Source of the DNA: a virus
Taxonomy: Duplodnaviria; Caudoviricetes
Virus record (IMG/VR): IMGVR_UViG_3300035454_001303
Span: 1-64,000 of that record
Reading direction: 5' to 3' (one strand)
Length of the DNA stretch: 64,000 nucleotides
Shown: one piece after another, positions 18,297-25,979 of the stretch
Position numbering within the stretch: the stretch's first letter is position 1
How the letters are laid out: each line of letters begins with the position of its first letter
Notes under the pieces: generated by a model
The model's input: only the letters and a program-made list of their open reading frames with translations
What the model was told of the DNA's origin: nothing
Database searches by the model: none
Program-made: the position numbers and the translations under genes

Positions 18297-19385
18297 TTAT
18301 CGTTTTTCAGCGGGATGGGCTGAGGTTGCGTCTTTCAGCGACATCAGGTGTTTGAAAAGTTCGAGGCGTTTTTCCGGGGCAACATCAACCAGGGGCTTCT
18401 TGACCTTTTCCAGCCACCCGGCGAGGTGGTAACCTTTTTTCTTCGCCATACCTTCCAACGTTTTTGCCTGATCCTCTGGAGGGCTGTTTTGGAAATCAAT
18501 GGTGCTGCCGTCGACCGGGGTGGCTGAGCTACTGCCCTTTTCGTTCCCTGTATCGGGTTTCTTCTGATCTGAATTTCCAGTGCTCGGAGGAATGTCAATG
18601 GGTGGATCTTGGCCAAAGATATTCTTGGCGGCCTGCTTCCCGCTTTCGATTGCCTGAGCGCGGGTTGTCGAATTGGAATAGTCGGGGCGCAAGATGACGC
18701 GAGCGGTGATGAACGGTTTCCTTAACTGCTTCAGGCTGTACGAGTTTTTTAACCCGATAGCTCCGCGAATTACCCGCTCCATCGCCCCAGTCTCCACGAT
18801 GGCGAGCTTGTGTTCACGCTTCTGCATCAGATCCCTTTTGACACAGTAGGTGATATATTCTTCTTTCTCCTTGTCTGTGGCCGCCCTCTCTCCGCCCTTG
18901 TCTTTCTTCGTCAGCTTCTTGGCCTTGGCTATGTATGATTCACGATACTTCTCTTCAAGAACGATAAAATCCAGGTCGTCATGCCCGACGAACGGAACCT
19001 CTTGCCCGTCCGGAGAGAGTATTGATCCGACCGACTTGAATGCGATGTAGTCGCGTTCATGCTTTTCGATACCGGATTCCTTGGGCCACCATTTTAAGCC
19101 GGCCATGTAGGGGCCTGAGATTCTCATTAGAGCGGTTTTGTGAAGGCGGTATCGTTTCGCTTCACTTGCTGCCGCGTTGTCGTCTGCGTAGATTTCACCA
19201 TCAGCAAGGTCGGTACTGACGGTTGTCTGCGCGATGGCCAGCGCGTATTGATCGGCAAGGCCGACAATAAGCGTTTCCGGAATAAGCACATTCCATCCGG
19301 CTTTTTTCGCCTCATCGAAGAGGTTTTTTACCTCAGTGAGGTCGGTTGACATCGATGGTATTGTCAGAGACTTTTCTTCTGCCAT
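18297..19385 (-). CDS. Hypothetical protein, candidate recombinase/annealing partner of SbcCD
   Basis: Directly upstream of sbcD; natural-looking 362-aa ORF; function inferred from position only. Confidence 0.5.
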   Translation of the reverse strand: MAEEKSLTIPSMSTDLTEVKNLFDEAKKAGWNVLIPETLIVGLADQYALAIAQTTVSTDLADGEIYADDNAAASEAKRYRLHKTALMRISGPYMAGLKWWPKESGIEKHERDYIAFKSVGSILSPDGQEVPFVGHDDLDFIVLEEKYRESYIAKAKKLTKKDKGGERAATDKEKEEYITYCVKRDLMQKREHKLAIVETGAMERVIRGAIGLKNSYSLKQLRKPFITARVILRPDYSNSTTRAQAIESGKQAAKNIFGQDPPIDIPPSTGNSDQKKPDTGNEKGSSSATPVDGSTIDFQNSPPEDQAKTLEGMAKKKGYHLAGWLEKVKKPLVDVAPEKRLELFKHLMSLKDATSAHPAEKR

Positions 19386-19425
19386 GATTGGCCTCCAGTC
19401 CGCGCCGTTTACGGCGCCTATAGGG

Positions 19426-19692
19426 TTAAGCTGCTACAGTTTTTCCGCCAGCGATCCGGTATTCCCAATACCCTCCTCCCAGCGGCGATGCTGCTACGTC
19501 CATTCCGTGATCCTTCAAATATTCACGGACTTCCGAAATCCTGCCTGTGCTATTAAGAATGCACATTTCCTTTACAATCTTGACATTGGTTACCGGGCCT
19601 TGCTTTAGCCGCTCATAAACCCTGTAGTTCTGAGATCCCTTCTTGAAAGGGTTTGCAGGGTAAGGAGTGAAGTCAAAACCCATCTGAGTCAT
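19426..19692 (-). CDS. Small winged-HTH protein
   Basis: SQNYRVYERLKQGPVT...NSTGRISEVREYLKDHG...WEYRI. Confidence 0.6.
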   Translation of the reverse strand: MTQMGFDFTPYPANPFKKGSQNYRVYERLKQGPVTNVKIVKEMCILNSTGRISEVREYLKDHGMDVAASPLGGGYWEYRIAGGKTVAA

Positions 19693-19874
19693 TCTTCGTT
19701 CTCCCTGTACTGTTTCAGGCATCGTTTGCAGATAGGACCCTTCTTTGATGATGCGTCCTTCATCTTTCCCAGCCGAGGGCACAGGATGTATCGAAAGCGC
19801 TCAGGCCCGTTCGATATGTGCCGGGTTCGTCCCAGCCCGAGAGTTACGAATGAATGAGGGTGCTTGAGGTTCAT
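19689..19874 (-). CDS. Hypothetical protein
   Basis: ATGA-coupled on both sides; CKRC motif. Confidence 0.5.
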   Translation of the reverse strand: MNLKHPHSFVTLGLGRTRHISNGPERFRYILCPRLGKMKDASSKKGPICKRCLKQYRENEE

Positions 19875-20119
19875 TTAAACGCGCACCGCCTTCCTTTTGC
19901 GTCGATGAAGTAGGGATCTTTCGGCCATTCATAGATGATCGAAATCTGCTTATGAAGGCCGTGCTTCTTCAAGAGCCTCTGAAACTCAAGGCGCTCGCCA
20001 TACGATTTGAAGCCGCCACAATCCTCGTACTGCCAAACGGACGCAGTGGGAATTTGCCCTGGCCAGAAGATCAGAAGAAAGAAGGCCGCGAGCGAGATGA
20101 TGACGATCCGCCGCCTCAT
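19871..20119 (-). CDS. Small exported/membrane hypothetical protein
   Basis: MRRRIVIISLAAFFLLIFW signal-like N-terminus; coupled boundaries. Confidence 0.5.
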   Translation of the reverse strand: MRRRIVIISLAAFFLLIFWPGQIPTASVWQYEDCGGFKSYGERLEFQRLLKKHGLHKQISIIYEWPKDPYFIDAKGRRCAFK

Positions 20120-20268
20120 CCCTGGAAGATCCTCACAACCGCGAAGGCGAAGTAGCCCATCGCAAATGCGACAAACAGTTCCATCGGTCTTTCGAGTTTC
20201 TTGAAAAAGCATTCAGCCTGTTTCTCGAAACGACCACTCTCAACCCAATCCCTGATACGATCTGCCAT
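20116..20268 (-). CDS. Small membrane hypothetical protein, first gene of the PL operon
   Basis: MADRIRDW...LFVAFAMGYFAFAVVRIFQG; purine-rich SD upstream. Confidence 0.45.
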   Translation of the reverse strand: MADRIRDWVESGRFEKQAECFFKKLERPMELFVAFAMGYFAFAVVRIFQG

Positions 20269-20458
20269 TCCGTCCCTTCTCCTTTCTGAGGGAGGGGGTG
20301 CGGCCCTATGGCGAAGGCCGCACCCACAATGAGAATCCGCATACCGTATGGCCGGTATCACGCCACTTTGACGGATTCGTGGGCTTAGGCCGGGCTTTGG
20401 AGCCACCCGGGACAATCCAGCGTCTTGAAGCGCCAAACAGCGGGCATCCGTCGCGTTC

Positions 20459-20531
20459 TGGTGGCGGGGCGTGGAATCGAACCACGAGAACCGGGCTTAT
20501 GAGGCCCAGCGAGATACCAATCTTCCCCGCA
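20459..20531 (-). tRNA. tRNA-Met(CAT)-like, initiator-type, with shortened D-arm
   Basis: Minus strand reads TGCGGGG...TGGGC-CTCATAA-GCCCG...CGTGG-TTCGATT-CCACG-CCCCGCC-A-CCA; 1:72 mismatch; D-arm only (A)GAT-TGGT-ATC(T). Confidence 0.8.
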
Positions 20532-20681
20532 ATAAAAAGAACCTTGCTGCTTTTCCGTTCTCCGGGTCTTCCCGAGTGGGAGCCGGTTCACGACTTGCCG
20601 ATGTCCATGTGCCGCGTTCGGTTCAGCGCTGTTCAGTTGGCTGCCGGTTGACGGCGGACTGTCGAACAATCAAGAGGAACG

Positions 20682-20694
20682 GTTTTCAAAGATC
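20682..20694 (-). promoter_or_regulatory. boxA-like antitermination element in the PL leader
   Basis: GATCTTTGAAAAC on the minus strand, directly after a CCCCTCC...GGAGGGG hairpin (20694-20744). Confidence 0.55.
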
Positions 20695-20775
20695 CCCTCC
20701 GACTTTGGCGGTCACGGCCCTGGGGCTACGCCTGGCGGGAGGGGTGAACGACGCTTTGTCGCTCTGTTGGGTGGG

Positions 20776-20828
20776 ATAATACACAGATTAATCTGCGCTT
20801 GTCAAGAGAATTTTACAGATTAATCTGT
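20776..20828 (-). promoter_or_regulatory. PL promoter with two repressor operators
   Basis: TTGACA (20800-20805)-18 nt-TATTAT (20776-20781); palindromes CAGATTAATCTG (20784-20795) and ACAGATTAATCTGT (20815-20828). Confidence 0.8.
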
Positions 20829-20997
20829 TTTGAAATAACACATTGGATATGCTAAAGAAAATAATGATTTGTGGGCAAGTTATGGAGGAAGCTACTGGAG
20901 GGGGAAAGAAAAAATCAACCACAAAAGCTATCAGGTACGACACCTTCCGTGATCGGGAGTGGCGGTCTTTGGTTGGTTTTTAAGAACGATCATGCAG

Positions 20998-21576
20998 CTA
21001 TTGCTTGAGAATATTTCCTTCTGCATCAATGGCGCGCACAATTTCGCTCTTCGCATGTTTGCTTGAAATCTTCAAGCCGTTCGCGCTGCCGTCCTGAATG
21101 GATATTACGACATCGTTTGAGGCTTTGAACCCATAGGAATAGAGCTTTTCGATGGATATAGTTCCTTTTGGTTCATCACTGAAATAGGCTTGCGCGGAAG
21201 TGTATGCGTTTTTTAGATCAATTATAGTAGCCTTCTCGTATCCGCGTTCTACATAGCCATTATAGCAATTAGTGTAAGACAATTGCATGCCTTGGTTGAC
21301 TGCGGATGTCGGTTGTTTGCCTACGCGACCATATGAATCATAACCGTCTTGGCAAGCCATCTGCACAAGTCCTTCTGGATAATTGGCATTTTTAATGCTT
21401 TTCAACATCTGATCGGGAAGCATCCCCTTTGCGGATTTGTAATAGCAGTCCTTCTTTATTCTCACATAATCGGAGCAAACGCGACGGGCCTCTTGTTCCA
21501 GCGACTCGGAAAATACAATCGCAGGCGATATAATAAGAAAAAGAATGCTCAAAAAACTAAAGAATAACCTTTTCAT
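20998..21576 (-). CDS. Exported protein with C-terminal type IV pilin-like head domain
   Basis: Signal peptide; ATIIDLKNAYTSAQAYFSD...YGFKAS...ISSKH resembles the C-terminal part of deltaproteobacterial pilins. Confidence 0.55.
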   Translation of the reverse strand: MKRLFFSFLSILFLIISPAIVFSESLEQEARRVCSDYVRIKKDCYYKSAKGMLPDQMLKSIKNANYPEGLVQMACQDGYDSYGRVGKQPTSAVNQGMQLSYTNCYNGYVERGYEKATIIDLKNAYTSAQAYFSDEPKGTISIEKLYSYGFKASNDVVISIQDGSANGLKISSKHAKSEIVRAIDAEGNILKQ

Positions 21577-21589
21577 TTGCTACCTTCCT

Positions 21590-22864
21590 TTATTCGGACC
21601 AAGGCTCCACAGAAACTTCGATTTTCGTCACATATTTCAGCTTTTCCACGTCCATAGACACGGGGACATTCATCTTGAATGCCGCGTCTTCAATAATCAT
21701 TATATGGCTTGTCTTGGAGTCCCTCCAAAGAATTCCGGGAGGATAGAAGGCGGAAAATTCATTTCCTCCTTCAAGAACTCGGTCAGTATCATGACTTATT
21801 GATTTGGCTTTCTTCTCTTTTGTGACCCTTTTCGCTGACGGCTTCGGGTTGTCGTCGGTAAGGCCGAACATTCCCTTGACGAAACTTCCTATTGTGCTGT
21901 CTTCGCGCTCTTTCACTCTTTTTCTGAAATCGTCTTTGCTCTTGAAGGTGTATGACGATGCAGCTACACTTTGACCATCATTATCTTTAAAAACAAGGGA
22001 TATGGACATGCTATCAGGACGCGGGGGAAGGTTTAAAAGGGTGAAGGCGCTCTTGCTTTTTTGTGCCTTGGAAAAAGGTTGCTCATGCACCAATTGCCTA
22101 TCCAGGACGTAGCATCTTTCGGCCTTTCCAATCCATGCCATTGAATTTGTCGAAAAGCAAACAACTTGATCGTTTTCCGGGTTATATCGAGATCCCTTTT
22201 CAAAAGAAGAAATCCCAACCGAGCCGTAGTCTTTCATGGAAACATTCCGAATGGTTTCTCTGAAGCCTCTCGTGAATTCTTTATCCCATCTTACCGTTAT
22301 GGGAATATTCACGCTGGCTGTCTCTTGACGGTGATCCGTCCCGTTGATCACGGGCTTGCCTATATCAAATTTATAGGCGGCTTGCGGGTACCTGGAGAGA
22401 GCCGCCCCCAGCAATTTCGATCCGCTTTGCTTCTGATCTATCTTGCTGATCGCCTCCCCGAACAGGCTTTCACCTTCCACTTTTTTCGTGGCGATATTCA
22501 GGGATTCAATCTTTTGCGCCAGCTTTGTCGATATGACCAGCGCTTCAATCTTTATTACGGTTAGCCCATCATCATTCTTTTCTTCCGATATTACGCGAGA
22601 ATCCTTCACATAGCCGGCGCTGTGCGTCAGGACCTCATCTTTCAGGACCTGGGCATTCTGGACAATAGTATCGGATGAAACATAAAGGCCGATGACCTGT
22701 TCAACGGCGTTCCGGATCGCGCTCCGCGTGGCCTTTTCGGAATCTATCCCGGTACCGGTCGCAACAACCTTCTCTATACGTTCTGGAGATTGGACTTGGG
22801 GCAGGGCATATGATGGGAGTAGTAGTAAAAAAATGAGCGACAAAACAAAAACGCTGCGCTTCAT
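21590..22864 (-). CDS. Exported protein with LPP20/FlgT-N-like domain
   Basis: Signal peptide, then VVATGTG...AIRNAVEQVIGLYVSSDTIVQN...DEVLTHSAGYV. Confidence 0.6.
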   Translation of the reverse strand: MKRSVFVLSLIFLLLLPSYALPQVQSPERIEKVVATGTGIDSEKATRSAIRNAVEQVIGLYVSSDTIVQNAQVLKDEVLTHSAGYVKDSRVISEEKNDDGLTVIKIEALVISTKLAQKIESLNIATKKVEGESLFGEAISKIDQKQSGSKLLGAALSRYPQAAYKFDIGKPVINGTDHRQETASVNIPITVRWDKEFTRGFRETIRNVSMKDYGSVGISSFEKGSRYNPENDQVVCFSTNSMAWIGKAERCYVLDRQLVHEQPFSKAQKSKSAFTLLNLPPRPDSMSISLVFKDNDGQSVAASSYTFKSKDDFRKRVKEREDSTIGSFVKGMFGLTDDNPKPSAKRVTKEKKAKSISHDTDRVLEGGNEFSAFYPPGILWRDSKTSHIMIIEDAAFKMNVPVSMDVEKLKYVTKIEVSVEPWSE

Positions 22865-22874
22865 TAAGGAAACC

Positions 22875-23093
22875 TCAACTATTAAGAATTGTTTGATTTA
22901 TCTTCTTGAACTTCCCTCTCATGGCAAGCCAGGCCGGGAACCCGATTATCCATAGAAGCAATGTCACAAAGAACCATCCACCCGGTCCCATGTTTGCCAG
23001 TCCCGTAACTTGGCCTTTCTTCACACCGATAGACTTCGCGTCGAAATAAACCCAAATTGCGGTGCCGATGACAACGAGCCAGATGATTTCCAT
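22875..23093 (-). CDS. Small two-TM membrane protein
   Basis: IAIWVYFDAK...GWFFVTLLLWIIGFPAWL-type two hydrophobic segments; follows cI. Confidence 0.65.
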   Translation of the reverse strand: MEIIWLVVIGTAIWVYFDAKSIGVKKGQVTGLANMGPGGWFFVTLLLWIIGFPAWLAMRGKFKKINQTILNS

Positions 23094-23190
23094 GAAATTT
23101 CCCTCCTATTATCCTACAGTTGCCGCCTATTTTTTGCCGGGAATTCCCCCTTTATTACGACTGCACCGGGTCGGAGGTCCAGCAAGTATA

Positions 23191-23733
23191 TCACATTGCC
23201 TTCTTTTTTTTGATAGACGATTCTCTTTTTTTCTCTTTTGTACCCGAGCAGTCTTGCCGTTCCCGGTTCTTTAATTCCCTTACGTCTTCTTCGAGTTTTT
23301 CAATCTTCGCATCACGCTGTGCCGCCTTTTCATCTTTGATTACAGATTCTTTGAACTCTCTTATATTCGATGACAGCGCTTGCTTTACGCCAGGATTCTT
23401 TGAGTTAAAAATATATTCGAGATCCGGATAGACGGCCCGCAACTCAGAGGGCATAAGCACAATTGGGATATCTACATCGGGAGGTGCCGGGGAAGATGCG
23501 TCCTTGTTCCCTCTCCCTGTCAGCAACCAGTCGATGTTTATATCCAAGTATTCCTTTATTAGTAATAACTGCCGGATATCTGGAAGAGATTGGCCCAAAC
23601 ACCATACCCTAACCGTTTCCATGGCTACGTCTACGGCTTTAGCAAATTCGCTTTTATTTCTGTTTTCGATAGCTTTTTTCAGACGGTCGCCAAAGCCATC
23701 GTAAACAGATTTATCTGGCTTTTTTCTTGACAT
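23191..23733 (-). CDS. CI-like repressor (XRE HTH)
   Basis: FGDRLKKAI...SEFAKAVDVAMETVRVWCLGQSLPD...INIDWLLTG; divergent from PR; no S24 peptidase domain visible. Confidence 0.85.
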   Translation of the reverse strand: MSRKKPDKSVYDGFGDRLKKAIENRNKSEFAKAVDVAMETVRVWCLGQSLPDIRQLLLIKEYLDINIDWLLTGRGNKDASSPAPPDVDIPIVLMPSELRAVYPDLEYIFNSKNPGVKQALSSNIREFKESVIKDEKAAQRDAKIEKLEEDVRELKNRERQDCSGTKEKKRESSIKKKKAM

Positions 23734-23755
23734 CGCAGATTAACCTGTGTATCTT
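23706..23755 (+). promoter_or_regulatory. PR promoter with two operators
   Basis: TTGACA (23727-23732)-17 nt-TATCTT (23750-23755); CAGATTTATCTG (23706-23717) and CAGATTAACCTG (23736-23747). Confidence 0.8.
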
Positions 23756-23820
23756 ACCACCCGAAATCATATCCTGACCAAAGGAGGTCCGATGGACGAC
23801 ATTGATTATGTTTTGCAAGC

Positions 23821-24066
23821 CTATGATCGCTTGCCTATCCCGAGCATGACGCGCACTGCGTCGCGCCGCTCAGCTTTATCCAGGTCCTTAAAGCCTGCCG
23901 TGTTTTCCGTAATGTCTTGCAGGCGTCGGGTTTGCCCGAGAATGTCAACAAAGAGGCGCTCTTTGTCATCATCTTCGAGGCTGCCGTGTTGCGCAAAATA
24001 AAGCATCTGCGCTGTGTACCAGGCATTGACGAGCATGGCGGTGTAAATGTCTTTATTGTCCATCAC
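23821..24066 (-). CDS. Hypothetical protein antisense within the PR leader
   Basis: Natural amphipathic composition; AAAGGA SD upstream. Confidence 0.45.
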   Translation of the reverse strand: MMDNKDIYTAMLVNAWYTAQMLYFAQHGSLEDDDKERLFVDILGQTRRLQDITENTAGFKDLDKAERRDAVRVMLGIGKRS

Positions 24067-24138
24067 AATTCCTTTGTTCTGAGAAAAATCCTACTCGTCG
24101 GAGTAGGAAAACCACTTAATATTGGGTGAAACAACATC

Positions 24139-24408
24139 ATGATCGAAGATCTCCGAATCGAATGCGAGGTCCTTAGAGCCAAGCTCAGACTCAACAAAAA
24201 AGGGAGCTGCAAAGAGCTTGCCGAATCCATTGGGGTCAACAGCAATTCGCTCAATATGGCCTTGTCCGGATTGCGTAATGGCCCTGGGTCCGAACAGCTT
24301 TTGACCAAGCTGCGGGACCACTTGTCCAATCTGTTCGCGCTCCGCAAGAAAGGTTCGGCGATTTCGCGGGACTGCGGAGATCAGTTGCCGAGAGCGGCGA
24401 ACGGATGA
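24139..24408 (+). CDS. Cro-like HTH regulator
   Basis: KELAESIGVNSNSLNMALSG HTH; first clear HTH gene right of PR. Confidence 0.65.
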   Translation: MIEDLRIECEVLRAKLRLNKKGSCKELAESIGVNSNSLNMALSGLRNGPGSEQLLTKLRDHLSNLFALRKKGSAISRDCGDQLPRAANG

Positions 24409-24528
24409 CCCTTTTACCCTTATGGTGGGACATAACACAGTTTTCATGTCAAGACAAAACCTTTTTTTGGTTAGAAGCATAATGAACAGATGAATTTATC
24501 TCAATTATAGACTTGCGGGGGGATCATA

Positions 24529-25002
24529 ATGAAATCATACGAGGCCATCCAGAGGGCGGTAGCTGGGAAAACGATAGAACACGCGAAGCGGCTCCATAAA
24601 TCGGTGCCGCTTCTTCATAAATGGATGGAGCCCTCGACTGACTTCGATGATTCCGGATCGTACAACCCCCTTGATCGTATCGAAACGATCATCGAAACAA
24701 GCCTATCTCTCGGGTGCCATCCAGATGATGCGGTCGCACCCATCCAATACCTTGCCGAACGTTTCAGCCTCATAGTCATTTCCATCCCCAAAACAAACGG
24801 GAAGATGGAAGACCTGTCGAAAGAACTCCTGAAGACCATTTCTGAGTTTGGTGATCTCTCGAAGGAAGCATCGAAGTCCATGAGGAACGGAACCATATCT
24901 ATGAGCGAAGCAAAGCGGATTGAAAAAGAAGCCTGGGAGTTGAGCCGCCAAGTATCCGTGTTCATCCAAAAGGTGAACCTGGTGGCCGCTTCGAGAGGGT
25001 AA
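24529..25002 (+). CDS. Phage regulatory protein, CII/CP76-like
   Basis: AKRLHKSVPLLHKW...NPLD...IQYLAERF...EFGDL...DGTIS-like C-terminus. Confidence 0.7.
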   Translation: MKSYEAIQRAVAGKTIEHAKRLHKSVPLLHKWMEPSTDFDDSGSYNPLDRIETIIETSLSLGCHPDDAVAPIQYLAERFSLIVISIPKTNGKMEDLSKELLKTISEFGDLSKEASKSMRNGTISMSEAKRIEKEAWELSRQVSVFIQKVNLVAASRG

Positions 25003-25006
25003 GGAT

Positions 25007-25162
25007 ATGGAAGAGGAAAAGAAACCATGCACCAAATGTGACGGGAAAGGGCAGATCGTTTACGGGTCCGACACCGAAGGCGGTCGTGAATCCTCAAAAT
25101 GTGACTGCATGGATAAGGTTTTGAAGCTGTTTGAGCCGACGCCAGATGTCGTCGCTGATTGA
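25007..25162 (+). CDS. Small zinc-finger-like protein (not in the ORF track)
   Basis: Translated by hand: MEEEKKPCTKCDGKGQ...KCDCMDK (51 aa). Confidence 0.5.
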   Translation: MEEEKKPCTKCDGKGQIVYGSDTEGGRESSKCDCMDKVLKLFEPTPDVVAD

Positions 25163-25532
25163 TCGGGCGGATGGGATATGGAGCGGGATCATAAAAGAGC
25201 GCGATCCAGTTTGCCGGATCTGCGGAATGGAACCGACCACCGAAGCTCATCACATCGCCCACAGGGGAAGATTCGCGACGAGATATCTTCTCGAGAACGG
25301 TCTCGGACTCGGCACATGGTGCCATCACGAAAACGGTCATGATCGGCCTGAATATTTTGAAAGCGAGATCCGCCGTGTAATCGGCGATGAACTTTACGAC
25401 AGGCTGATGGAGATGTCCCACAGGCTCGTAAAGCGCAATAGATGGTTCATTCAAGAACAGATTGAAAACATGAAGAGGGGGCGTGCGGCCCTTCTTGAAG
25501 AAAGAAAAAACCTGAGAGAGGGGCGGAGGTAA
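25131..25532 (+). CDS. NinG/HNH-like nuclease
   Basis: ERDPVCRICG...EAHH...ENGLGL..WCHH; likely start 25146. Confidence 0.7.
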   Translation: MSRRQMSSLIDRADGIWSGIIKERDPVCRICGMEPTTEAHHIAHRGRFATRYLLENGLGLGTWCHHENGHDRPEYFESEIRRVIGDELYDRLMEMSHRLVKRNRWFIQEQIENMKRGRAALLEERKNLREGRR

Positions 25533-25585
25533 GGACGGGGTCTGAAAAGACCTGTACCTGAGTCCCGCCCCAAAAGCGAAACGCT

Positions 25586-25978
25586 ATGACCCTACGCCTT
25601 AACAGCATGGTTGAATATCAGGCCCTTGTCGCCAGGATGAAAAGCAAAGACCTGCCGGCAATACCATGCGAGGCGCCGAAGGAAAGCAAATTCCATTCGG
25701 TGATCACCGAGGCCCTGGGGATCAAGTTCCACAGCAAAAAAGAGGCGAGATACTTCCTTGAGTTGGTTTGTCGCCAGAAGGCGGGGGAGATCAAATATTT
25801 CTTCCGGCAAGTCCCGATCCGGTTGCCGGGAAACACGAAATACATTGTGGACTTTCAGGAGTTCCATGCGGACGGATCGGTTCACTACATTGACGTGAAG
25901 GGTAAAAAGACGCCGGCCTACATCAAGAACAAGAAGCAGGTTGAAGCCCTTTACCCAATCATCATCGAAGAGGCATGA
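25586..25978 (+). CDS. DUF1064 family PD-(D/E)XK nuclease-like protein
   Basis: SKFHS...GIKFHSKKEARYF...RQVP...YIVDF...IDVKG. Confidence 0.8.
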   Translation: MTLRLNSMVEYQALVARMKSKDLPAIPCEAPKESKFHSVITEALGIKFHSKKEARYFLELVCRQKAGEIKYFFRQVPIRLPGNTKYIVDFQEFHADGSVHYIDVKGKKTPAYIKNKKQVEALYPIIIEEA

Positions 25979-25979
25979 A

